Origin: an uncultured Candidatus Saccharibacteria bacterium
Lineage (GTDB): Bacteria > Patescibacteriota > Minisyncoccia > Phycocordibacterales > UBA918
Assembly: GCA_964353135.1 (NCBI GenBank)
Contig: CAYGTV010000001.1
Span: 309,497-373,496, forward strand
Length of the DNA: 64,000 bases
Reading direction: 5' to 3'
Each line of letters starts with the position of its first letter. Positions within the stretch are counted from its first letter, which is position 1. The position numbers and the translations under genes are program-made. The notes below the pieces were generated by a model, which had not been told where the DNA came from, ran no database searches, and was given only the letters and a program-made list of their open reading frames with translations. Below are positions 9,129 through 18,433 of the stretch, one piece after another.

Positions 9129-9686
9129 CTAATCTACGTTAGACAAAGCTGTGTCGAGCACTTGTGTCAGCTCAGCTGAGGTAATAGCACCACGTTTATG
9201 GTGTATAACATCACCCTTTGTGTCATAGATAACTGTTTCAGGCATTGTGTACCCTTCGATTGCTTTATAGTAACGATCATCCTTATCAACAATCAAAAGG
9301 ACCTCATCTGTGAGACCAAGCGTAGACAAAAATGCCTCTGCTGTTGAACGTGGTTCAGCCCGATTGATGGCTATAACCACGACACCCTTGTCTCGGTAAT
9401 TTTTAGCAACGTTGGTTAATAATTGTAATTCAGAAACACTAGAGGGTGCCCAACTCGCCCAACTGTTAACTATCAGTGTCTGGCCCAGAAATTGTTCAAG
9501 ATCAGCTTCATTACCATCAAAATCTGTAAAATTGGCTGTTGTGGTGCTTGATTTCAATACAGTAGACGCTGGGCTTTGATCTAGACTACGTTCCGCTGAG
9601 CGTTTCTGAACAAGGTGTACCGTAAACGCGGCCACTGCCAGAACTACTACCAAAACAAACAAGGTGACGATTGAACTTTTTTTCAT
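9129..9686 (-). CDS. Membrane-anchored TlpA/ResA-like thioredoxin-fold protein lacking CXXC
   Basis: N-terminal TM from MKKSSIV; NSWASWAPSS at the N-x-WASWCxxC position; MPET cis-Pro loop; HKRGAI. Confidence 0.85.
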   Translation of the reverse strand: MKKSSIVTLFVLVVVLAVAAFTVHLVQKRSAERSLDQSPASTVLKSSTTTANFTDFDGNEADLEQFLGQTLIVNSWASWAPSSVSELQLLTNVAKNYRDKGVVVIAINRAEPRSTAEAFLSTLGLTDEVLLIVDKDDRYYKAIEGYTMPETVIYDTKGDVIHHKRGAITSAELTQVLDTALSNVD

Positions 9687-9687
9687 A

Positions 9688-11265
9688 CTAGTTGATTTGA
9701 TCAGTACCAAGATACACAGTGATTGGTGCTTCAGACGCGTCATCAGAAATAAAGGACGACAAGAGAGCATCAGCGAAATATTCTTGCAAACGGACTGCTG
9801 ATTCAGCGTAGCTTGGATTGTAAACAATAACAGTTCGATCCTCACTAACATCAGTGTCCGCGCGGTTCACCTGTACTTTGTATCCCTTACTCTCCAAATC
9901 TTGTGCTCGCAACTCATCAAGACCAGCGATTCCACTACGATTTACAATCGTAATCGCAGGCTGATCAATCACAGCTGTTGAATCTCCTTGCAACGGCGGT
10001 AGGTCGGCTTGATCAGGCAAAGCCACCATCGCTCCGTCTTGTTCGTAGCGCACTTCGTACCCATGCTCACTACTGAGAGCTAGTATCAAGTACCACGCAA
10101 ACAAACCAACAAAGATACATACTGCTAAAAGAACGATTAAAAATAGTCTATATTTCTGCACCAGGGGCAGAATACGCGAAATCAATGAACCTTCACCAGA
10201 GGTTAGTTCTGCTCGCAGATCCAAAATACCTTCTTCCAGAGGAGCGGTTACAGAGATAGTACGTTTTGAGCGATGATTCCCATTGTGTAATTCAGGAGTA
10301 ATTCCTGCCATCTGTAGCATTCTGCGAATATATAACTTAACTCCCCAAATGATAAGCCATAGTAGCCCACCAAAGACGAACATAAATAAGAGCAGCGTGC
10401 GCCAAGGAATAACCCAAAAAGAGGTCTCAGCGGTAACAAATTGTCTTGTTAAGTCACCGTAAGCGAGAGTTACTTCAGCTGTGTAGCGCCCCATATCAGC
10501 AAAAGACCAATCACCGACCCATTCGAAATTATATTTCCGGATACTGTTCGGAAGAACATTTCCGAATTGGGACGTTTGGTTAATTGGAATAGTGCCGCGC
10601 TCTCTACCCCACATATTTTTAATAGTAATATTTCCTTGGGGCTGAACGTGAACATTTCCTGCATTTTCAAACCTGATTGAGAATGCAGCTTTTGGTGATT
10701 CACTAACAAATTGTTCAGTAACGAAGTCACGAATCGAACCTCTTTCAACAATGTCACCGGCCACACTTAGAAACACCAATGCCGTCACAACTTGCGACGT
10801 TTCCACTTGCGCCGGCGTCTCTGAATTAGTTAGAGATCGTGTCCCTACAAGAATCGCTGAAAAATGACCACCTGGCGCCGCATCATCAGGAACATTGATT
10901 GAAAATGGTACCGAAACAGTCTGCTCAGCAGGAATAATAATTTCTTCTGTCGGTAACGTAAACCATTCGGCTAAGGTTGTGCCATTTGATTCAGTCTCTA
11001 AGACCGGAATCATAGTTCCCTGCCCAGACTCACCAGATGGTTCAAAATTGACCGCGTTAACATACACCTTCAAAGGGAATGGGTTGGTGTTGATGACTCG
11101 AACAGCACTAGACCAAGCCTGGCTTTTACTGGCAGACATTTCAAACAAAGTTGGTGATACACTCAGGGCAACCGAACCTTGCGCGACAGCAATAGTCGGA
11201 AACAGCCCAAGTAGTAATACCGCAGCCAGCGAAAGTCTTACTTTATTGAGTGAGGTCAATATCAT
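9688..11265 (-). CDS. DUF916/DUF3324-like membrane protein with C-terminal LytR_C-like domain
   Basis: Signal peptide; LSVSPTLFE; INVPDDAAPGGHFSAILV; FENAGNVHVQPQG; GRYTAEVTLAYG; two TMs; C-terminal VNRSGIAGL...ITVYLGTD. Start taken at MILTS. Confidence 0.75.
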   Translation of the reverse strand: MILTSLNKVRLSLAAVLLLGLFPTIAVAQGSVALSVSPTLFEMSASKSQAWSSAVRVINTNPFPLKVYVNAVNFEPSGESGQGTMIPVLETESNGTTLAEWFTLPTEEIIIPAEQTVSVPFSINVPDDAAPGGHFSAILVGTRSLTNSETPAQVETSQVVTALVFLSVAGDIVERGSIRDFVTEQFVSESPKAAFSIRFENAGNVHVQPQGNITIKNMWGRERGTIPINQTSQFGNVLPNSIRKYNFEWVGDWSFADMGRYTAEVTLAYGDLTRQFVTAETSFWVIPWRTLLLFMFVFGGLLWLIIWGVKLYIRRMLQMAGITPELHNGNHRSKRTISVTAPLEEGILDLRAELTSGEGSLISRILPLVQKYRLFLIVLLAVCIFVGLFAWYLILALSSEHGYEVRYEQDGAMVALPDQADLPPLQGDSTAVIDQPAITIVNRSGIAGLDELRAQDLESKGYKVQVNRADTDVSEDRTVIVYNPSYAESAVRLQEYFADALLSSFISDDASEAPITVYLGTDQIN

Positions 11266-12232
11266 GATCTTTTGGTTGAGGCTTATGGCCATCACGAATA
11301 AACAGCGGCACATCGTCGCCAGCTTCAGCAGATTGAACAAAGGTGCTACCGCGGCGCATGAGTAGAAACACTACTAACAACAGTACTGAGAGTAGTCCAA
11401 TAGCAATATAGAGATAGTACAGTGGGAGCATGTAAAATCCGGCAGAATCAAATAGATTAGCACGTTGGTTTGTGCCGTACACCAGGTTTGCGTTTGCCTT
11501 ATAACGTCCCACACTGGCACCCAGTGGAATGTTTGTTGTATATGTTTTAGTTTCAGAAGGTGCAATGGAAACACCTTCAGTGTTGAACGGTAGAGCTGAA
11601 ACTTCTTGACCACGATTATTATAAAAAATAATTTCGCCCGCGGGGGTAGACTCCAGTTCACCTGAATTTTCCACTGTAATTAGAAGCTGCTGCTGATCAC
11701 TGTTAGTAATAAATCGGTCTACAGTCATACTGCTAATTCGCATACTATCTACTCGCTCATCAGCAACAGTCACAGTAACAATAATCCCATCAGCTGCACC
11801 ACGCAGGGCCATCGCTTCTGCATCTTGACGTTTTTTCACTTCTGAAAATCCTACAAAAGCATGGTATACACCAGGCTCTGCGAAGGGGTGAATTTTGATG
11901 TTTAGGGGCAATTCAACCGTCTCATTGGCAGGCACTTCTATTCGTCCTCGAGTGATCTCTATCCAGCTGGTAATACTGTTGGTGCGATCTGACATTACTG
12001 ACGGAACAAACTCTAGAATCTCACCGGCGGTACCAACCGTGATTTCATTAACAGTAGCATATAAGATTGACGTCCTATCTGGATAGGTACTTTTTAAAAC
12101 TACCGTCTCGTCAGCTGCTTCTCGGGGAACCATCGTAACATCAATCAGGAACGGTCTAATGGTTACCTCGCTTGCTTGTGCAAAAGCGGGTAGAAAGAGT
12201 AACGTAAAAATGAGTGTCGATAGCAACTTCAT
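11243..12232 (-). CDS. DUF916/DUF3324-like protein with C-terminal TM anchor
   Basis: Signal peptide; VTIRPFLID; AEPGVYHAFV; VENSGELESTPAG; GRYKANANLVYG; TM followed by RR. Confidence 0.75.
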   Translation of the reverse strand: MKLLSTLIFTLLFLPAFAQASEVTIRPFLIDVTMVPREAADETVVLKSTYPDRTSILYATVNEITVGTAGEILEFVPSVMSDRTNSITSWIEITRGRIEVPANETVELPLNIKIHPFAEPGVYHAFVGFSEVKKRQDAEAMALRGAADGIIVTVTVADERVDSMRISSMTVDRFITNSDQQQLLITVENSGELESTPAGEIIFYNNRGQEVSALPFNTEGVSIAPSETKTYTTNIPLGASVGRYKANANLVYGTNQRANLFDSAGFYMLPLYYLYIAIGLLSVLLLVVFLLMRRGSTFVQSAEAGDDVPLFIRDGHKPQPKDHDIDLTQ

Positions 12233-12238
12233 ATAGTA

Positions 12239-12247
12239 ATCATACCA
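12239..12247 (-). promoter_or_regulatory. Extended -10 (TGgTATGAT) 6 nt before ATG, leaderless-type
   Basis: Minus strand tggTATGATtactatATG. Confidence 0.5.
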
Positions 12248-12248
12248 T

Positions 12249-15200
12249 CTAAAAGACCGGTGTAGCGATGTACGTTATGTTGGCAATGTAATCACCTTGC
12301 GCCTGATCTTCGGTGACTTTAATTCTGTATACAACGTCGTGTGCCTCATCTACTGGTATAGAGCTATACATCACTTCTGACACGGTCGTATCAAACGCTG
12401 CATACGTGTCTGTAGCTGCAAACCGAGGTGAACCACCTGCTAACGTAGCGTCTGTCGTATGGTATCCAACGCAACTTGCAGCCAGTGCCGTGCAAACTGT
12501 CGACCAACCTCCTGGCGAGGCATTAGTAGAAGCAATGGGTAAAATTTCTGATCCACCACCGTTTGTCAGCTGCTGTCCAGCTAACTTCCATACCTGATAC
12601 CCTTCAACTGCGTTAGTGTCTACTGACAACCTCTGAGCTGCGATAACATCAGTTCCAAATGGAAGCACACCAAAATCCACTGAGGTAGCCGTGGTTGTGA
12701 CACCAGTTGTAACACCAGCTGTTGATGTGGCGGCTGGTAGACCCTCTATGGTAAATACCAAACGTGCACTTTCGGCGACTGCTGCTGGATAGCTTGCGGT
12801 GCTAAATAAAGCTACCGGCTTAGCAGACGCGACGTCAAACAAGCGGAAGTAATATACTGCACTGGATCGTAGCCTTTGGGACTGAATTGTAAATGAATAC
12901 TCTTGTGCAGCTAGAGCCGGGTGGTCATGACCTGCTACATAGTCAGCAGAGCTATTGTGGGTACCACAACCACCGCCACCAGCAGCCACACAAGTGTCCG
13001 AGATCCCTGTGATTGCTGTGGTAATAGTAGCGTTATTGGCACCACCACCGTCTATGTAGCACCACTCATTACTGATCGTACATGAAGATGAGGCTACAAC
13101 ATCTATCGGATTACTGAATGTAATCTCATCAGAAAACTGTAGTTTGAACTTAACGTTTTCGCCAGTCACACTTTTTTGTTCGTCTAGCACTACTCGTAAT
13201 GCCAATGTGTCTTGTGAGATGATCTCGGTCGGTGCTGAATTGAGCGCTTCTAGGGGTGTAGACGGAGTCTCATTTTGTATATCGTCGTACCATCTCCACC
13301 CAATCACTTCTGGTGTAAAATCAGCGGTGCGAAGTTGCGGGTATTGCAAATAGCCAGACAAAGCGCTACCGTCAGACTCAACAACCCGAAAACAATATAC
13401 GGTGTCTGCGGCGGCGCCATTGTGCTCTAGGTACCAGTCGTACTCAACATCCTCGCCATCAAAGGCAATATAGGTGTTTGTTGCTGACTGGTTTTGATGC
13501 TCGAGTGACCCAGCTACATCAGATACCGAGATCAACAGGTCACCTGGAGTCGGTGGATCACCAGAGAGCACGGTACCGTCAGTCGTACCAGTGGCAGCAT
13601 ACCCTCGCCAGATTTCACCAGATCCAGCCTGACCAACATCAGTCCATGAACCAATGGCTGTACAAGTGCTCACTCGCTCGGCATACTGCAGTTTAAACGC
13701 ATAAAAATCAGCTGGCCAGTTAGCGTTTTTTGCCCGTAGTGTCATTCGTAGACGCAGAATTTCACCTACTCCGGGTGGATCGTCAAACTCAGTGATGGAG
13801 GTGTTCTCTCCTAGATCCTCTAAGCCCGCTGGCCAGGCATCATCTGGAGTTAACTGGTTGTTGCCTGTATAAAACCGATAGTAATTTTGTCGGATCGCTA
13901 AATCAGCAACCGGCCACTGAACAATTTCTGCTCGATACTGCAATTGAGTTCCAGTATCACTTCGCCAAAGTTCGTACCGTAATGGATTAACGATCCGTAG
14001 ACCGGCAATTGCTCGCGGGTGAGCGTTGTTGTTTCCGTTGGCTGATGAGTTTCCAAAAATCGAACTGTTATTGATTGCGTCCAATGCATTGACAATTACC
14101 AAAGAGAGGGTTGTAGGTTCCGCCCCTCCTATAGTAGTTCCATTTTGCCTTTCAACCCGCATCGCACCAGCACCAGCCTGTAAATTTTCGATCACCCACG
14201 CAACAGACGTGTGGACTACTCCCATATTTGCAGCCGCGTTTAACTCAAAAGAAACTGCTCCGATACTTGATAAGTAAACTTGGTGACCAAGGGTAGCCAC
14301 TGTCGTTTGCGCTCCAACTCTTTTTTGAGAATGAATGAATGCCTGATCAAGTGAGGTGACCGGGGTTATAGTTTCGGTCTCTATGACGCCGGCTGCTGTG
14401 TATGTGTGCTCAACTCGTTGAATATTCCAGTTTATACCGGTGTATTCCACTACTGCATAGCTGATATTAATATTTGAACCTCCAGTAGCTTCTCGCGTAA
14501 ATACCGGTCGGTTATTAGCACCATCCCAATCCGCGGTAACTTGAGCCGCATAAAAATCGTTTGCAGCATCGTCTCCGGACACGCCAGTTACAAACACCAC
14601 AACATCGGCATCATCTGTAACTGAAACTGCGGGTCCTGAGATAGTCACTTGTCCAGTATTCATACTCACTGTATTGGCATCTCGAACCAACATTTCATTA
14701 TCTGTGTTTGGTTGGGCTATGAACTCTATAATCTCCCAGTCAACATACGTATCAGCAACAACAGCGTTACGAGCAAAGGTAATGCTGGATACAATATTGT
14801 CAGGATTCTGCACATAAGCAGTCACACCAAGCACGTCCTGGGATCCACCACCGGTAGTATTACCAGCCCCAGTATTGTTGGTATTTGTAATACGAATAAA
14901 CGCCAAACTCGAGGAAGCTGGGGCTGTATAATCCACTCCAGCTGTGATTGTTTGCGTAGTACCAGTTAGGACACTATTACCTTGCTGCACCTTGAAATCT
15001 CGCTTGGCTGCAATGCTAACCTCGGGATACTGATCATACTGATTGATGTCGATTCCTTGTCTTGATAGGCGAAAACAGTACGTAGTATTAAACGCAGACG
15101 CAACGGTAGAGGTGAGGCTAAACTCAAATTCAGCAAATTCTAACTCCGTGATAGTTGTGCTCGCTGTTGCACTACTGGTTTCCCGAATACCACTATTTGG

Positions 15201-18200
15201 ATTTATTAGCGATACATTCTCATCTGCAACTCCACCATCTACCTCTGGTATGTTTGTCACATCAGCACCGTGTACGAGGTTTGTTGAATCGTACATATCC
15301 CACGCATCACCGAGCTCCGCATTGACATCTGTCCACACGGCGATCGCCGAACAGCTTGTCACTCGTTCTGCGTATTCCAAATTAAACACCCGCTCAACTG
15401 ACGTTGTGGCGCCCTCGTTACTTACCTGCATGCGTAACCTGATAGGAGTTGCAATTTGGTGGTCGGGTAAGAGTGTGTCCTGTGAACCTGCAGTTGCAGA
15501 TGTGGCACCAGTTTCTGAACCATCATCGTTACGCCAGTGGTAGTGCGTCTGAGTAAGGATGGCACCCTGCAAGGTTGTGACGCCACCAAGCTCAACCGGT
15601 GTAGATGGTGAAACTGATGCTCCAGGGACAATAACGTCACTATTGGCTGACAGGATTGCGAAGCTCACTGTGTCACCATTTAGCGCCGCATCGGTAACAT
15701 CAGCTACTACATACACACACATGGCTTGGGTGGTTAGAATCGTGACACTACCACTAAACGTAGAGCTACCGTTTATATCGCTCATACCATCTGTATCAGT
15801 ACTACCAAACTGTGGCTCTAGTCCACTGTATGTTTCACTGACACAGTTATACGGAGCTGTAGTATCTAAGTCATACAACAGGCGGATATTAGTTAATCCA
15901 GTAGTTGCATCAATAGACCCAGATTCAGCAATAGTTATATCGGTAACGGTATTGCTAGCTGTGTTTTCTCGAATCACAAATGCCCCACCAAAATATAAAT
16001 CGGCTGAAGGAATATCCACTGTGGCTTGCTGTGTACCAGTCTGAGAGACTGTTACTTCTGCGTTGATTGTGGCTTGTGCATACACATCGTATGCATTAAG
16101 ATCAGCCCCACTATTTGAAAGTCTAAAGCAGTAAGTTGCTCCCTCTGTTGCACTAGTTGAAGCAACCAGCGAAAACTCTAGCTCAAGGAATTCGTTGGTT
16201 GCTAGTGTAATCGACCCTGTAGTGTCAGTTGAGTCTCGCACCCCTGCGTTTGGTGTTTTAAAAACGGCATTTTCATCTGTCACTCCTCCAATTCCGTTAG
16301 CGATGTTAGTTGTGTCAGAACCTTCGGTTAGGTTAACCGTTGGCTGCATGTTGAACTGATCATCGGCAGCTCCGACGGCTGTCCACACCGTCACATCAGT
16401 ACAGGTTGGAGCCGCTTCTGCGAACTCTAGTTGATAGATAATTGGGCTAGAACTGGTTGAACCCTCTACTGAGACACCCATCCTAAGTCTAGTAGTTTGC
16501 CCAATCGGTAACGCTCCACGCGGAGTATCTTGGTTTCCAGCCGTCGCTGAAGTAGCACCAGCTTCTGAACCATCGTCGTTTCGCCAGTGATAGTGAGTTT
16601 GGGTTACGTCGGGACTGATTACAGTGGTCGTGTCAGTCAGGGTAACCGGGAAATTTGGTGCAATGTCAGACCCAGTAACTACCACGTCATTTGGTGGGTC
16701 TGTGATTTCGATTTCGATAGTTTGACCATCCCCTGCACTGCTGGTGATATCGGTCACGACATAGAGACAAATTGCTTGGGTCGGACCGACACCGACTGAA
16801 CTACCAGTAAACAATATCTGACCATCTGCGGCATCAAATCCATCGGTATCGGTGCTGCCAAATTGTGATTCACCACCACTATAGGACTCACTAGCGCAAT
16901 TATATGGTGCAGATGAGTCCAAATCATACAGCAGCCGTACATTAGCAAACGCTGTCGAACCATCAACCGTTCCATTTTCACGTATTGTAATATCTGACAC
17001 AGTGTTTGATGTCAAACTGTTGATCACAAATTGTCCACCAATGTAGTTGTTAGTAGTTTCTGACCTCAGCGTTGCAACCTGAGTACCCAGCGTCGACAGG
17101 TTAGAATCAGGACCAATGTTAGCGAGAGTTTCTCCAAATCTGTCGCTGACAGACCCCTCCCACCAGGCTACATACAAACGGTCATAGTTACTAGGATCCA
17201 ACGCTGGTTTTCTGATGTCACCTGGCGTGGTATTTAACGGACCAGTTTCAGTTCCCCAACTTGTCATAGCATCAGTTGATTCCTTGAAATATATATTTCC
17301 CGTACCGGCAGAACCCGGTGTATCCTGTACTGCGTATGCAACATACACGTCACCATTATTTTGATCAATCGCTATGGCTGTATCTAAAATCCCCCGACCA
17401 GTAATGTTTGTTACGACATCAGTCATAAGCGTCCACACCGAGCCGTCGTAAATCGCTGTTCTGACGTCGTCGTTATTATCAGTCAACAAGTTGTTATCAG
17501 CAACATAGGCAAAGTAGATGTTGTTGGTACTTAGATCAACCGTAGCTGACATAGCACCATCGTATTCACTGTTTTCTGGAGCGTTGTTATCGATGGATGT
17601 CCAGGTACCAGACCAAGTGGAACCATTCCAGACTTTTGAGCGGACTTCATTAGCAGAAATGTCTTGGTTAATCAGTAGCACATTGCCACCAGCTAGCGGC
17701 ATAAGCAGGTTGTGGTCGTTTCGTGCATCCAAGGGTGAGGTTCCCACTTCGATCCAGTTAGTTCCAGTCCCACAGGAAGCAGCGCAAGACACGACGTACG
17801 AATCAGAGTTGTCGTTACTGGTCAGATAAATGTCACCATCGGTCGCTTTTGTGATTGCGTGCGTGTTGATTGCGTCAGTGAATGTTGGAGTTTGTCCCGA
17901 GCTTACGGTCGCATTTACTGGCGAACTACCAAGGAGTAATGTGTCAGTCGACGTATCAAGGGCATTATAAAATAAATCATCATCAGACGTATCCATTGTT
18001 GCGATATGAATTGTGGATCCACTGTCACCAGGGGTCCAACGGTCGTACCACACGACAATGCGGATACAGTCAGTTTGGGCGTCAATAGTAACTGCAGCTG
18101 TCCATGTGCTTCCGGCGTCGGTGGTTTTACTATAAACACACGAGCCAGGACTATCTTGGTAAAAGGTATACCCTACTGTGTCCGAAATAAATACAGTTTG

Positions 18201-18392
18201 CGCACCGGTATGGTTGTTTCCTCGAGCAGACCCGTTTGCTGTACTATCAATCACCACCACGGCAGCATCAGCTATTTGAGGTGAAAATAGTCGGGAAAAA
18301 GTTGTTACCCCAAGTAAATCAAACAACAAAACTATCAGCAGAAAACTACTGAGTAATGTGCGTACATGAGTAAAATTGCGCAGTTGTTTCAT
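12249..18392 (-). CDS. Large secreted adhesin-like protein (2047 aa) with C-terminal WxL/pilin-like domain
   Basis: Signal peptide. N-terminal BNR/Asp-box-like propeller (SKTTDAGSTW, ESTDAMTSW). Duplicated YDLD..APYNC.SE.YSG and YHWRNDDGSE...YCFR domains. Ends GDYIANITYIATPVF. Confidence 0.85.
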   Translation of the reverse strand: MKQLRNFTHVRTLLSSFLLIVLLFDLLGVTTFSRLFSPQIADAAVVVIDSTANGSARGNNHTGAQTVFISDTVGYTFYQDSPGSCVYSKTTDAGSTWTAAVTIDAQTDCIRIVVWYDRWTPGDSGSTIHIATMDTSDDDLFYNALDTSTDTLLLGSSPVNATVSSGQTPTFTDAINTHAITKATDGDIYLTSNDNSDSYVVSCAASCGTGTNWIEVGTSPLDARNDHNLLMPLAGGNVLLINQDISANEVRSKVWNGSTWSGTWTSIDNNAPENSEYDGAMSATVDLSTNNIYFAYVADNNLLTDNNDDVRTAIYDGSVWTLMTDVVTNITGRGILDTAIAIDQNNGDVYVAYAVQDTPGSAGTGNIYFKESTDAMTSWGTETGPLNTTPGDIRKPALDPSNYDRLYVAWWEGSVSDRFGETLANIGPDSNLSTLGTQVATLRSETTNNYIGGQFVINSLTSNTVSDITIRENGTVDGSTAFANVRLLYDLDSSAPYNCASESYSGGESQFGSTDTDGFDAADGQILFTGSSVGVGPTQAICLYVVTDITSSAGDGQTIEIEITDPPNDVVVTGSDIAPNFPVTLTDTTTVISPDVTQTHYHWRNDDGSEAGATSATAGNQDTPRGALPIGQTTRLRMGVSVEGSTSSSPIIYQLEFAEAAPTCTDVTVWTAVGAADDQFNMQPTVNLTEGSDTTNIANGIGGVTDENAVFKTPNAGVRDSTDTTGSITLATNEFLELEFSLVASTSATEGATYCFRLSNSGADLNAYDVYAQATINAEVTVSQTGTQQATVDIPSADLYFGGAFVIRENTASNTVTDITIAESGSIDATTGLTNIRLLYDLDTTAPYNCVSETYSGLEPQFGSTDTDGMSDINGSSTFSGSVTILTTQAMCVYVVADVTDAALNGDTVSFAILSANSDVIVPGASVSPSTPVELGGVTTLQGAILTQTHYHWRNDDGSETGATSATAGSQDTLLPDHQIATPIRLRMQVSNEGATTSVERVFNLEYAERVTSCSAIAVWTDVNAELGDAWDMYDSTNLVHGADVTNIPEVDGGVADENVSLINPNSGIRETSSATASTTITELEFAEFEFSLTSTVASAFNTTYCFRLSRQGIDINQYDQYPEVSIAAKRDFKVQQGNSVLTGTTQTITAGVDYTAPASSSLAFIRITNTNNTGAGNTTGGGSQDVLGVTAYVQNPDNIVSSITFARNAVVADTYVDWEIIEFIAQPNTDNEMLVRDANTVSMNTGQVTISGPAVSVTDDADVVVFVTGVSGDDAANDFYAAQVTADWDGANNRPVFTREATGGSNINISYAVVEYTGINWNIQRVEHTYTAAGVIETETITPVTSLDQAFIHSQKRVGAQTTVATLGHQVYLSSIGAVSFELNAAANMGVVHTSVAWVIENLQAGAGAMRVERQNGTTIGGAEPTTLSLVIVNALDAINNSSIFGNSSANGNNNAHPRAIAGLRIVNPLRYELWRSDTGTQLQYRAEIVQWPVADLAIRQNYYRFYTGNNQLTPDDAWPAGLEDLGENTSITEFDDPPGVGEILRLRMTLRAKNANWPADFYAFKLQYAERVSTCTAIGSWTDVGQAGSGEIWRGYAATGTTDGTVLSGDPPTPGDLLISVSDVAGSLEHQNQSATNTYIAFDGEDVEYDWYLEHNGAAADTVYCFRVVESDGSALSGYLQYPQLRTADFTPEVIGWRWYDDIQNETPSTPLEALNSAPTEIISQDTLALRVVLDEQKSVTGENVKFKLQFSDEITFSNPIDVVASSSCTISNEWCYIDGGGANNATITTAITGISDTCVAAGGGGCGTHNSSADYVAGHDHPALAAQEYSFTIQSQRLRSSAVYYFRLFDVASAKPVALFSTASYPAAVAESARLVFTIEGLPAATSTAGVTTGVTTTATSVDFGVLPFGTDVIAAQRLSVDTNAVEGYQVWKLAGQQLTNGGGSEILPIASTNASPGGWSTVCTALAASCVGYHTTDATLAGGSPRFAATDTYAAFDTTVSEVMYSSIPVDEAHDVVYRIKVTEDQAQGDYIANITYIATPVF

Positions 18393-18433
18393 AACTCCGG
18401 TCTTCTTATAATACCTTACTCAGTATGGTTGAA

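Noticed and set aside
9440-9460. Selenocysteine or a single-base error at the TlpA active site
   Set aside because: The codons are GCA and AGT, not TGA, and the first needs more than one change from a Cys codon
9687-9851. N-terminal extensions given by the ORF track (9851, also 8822, 11340, 24499, 33103, 62996, 63378)
   Set aside because: They overlap upstream genes, hairpins or promoter-like sites. Downstream ATGs give clean signal peptides or family-typical N-termini.
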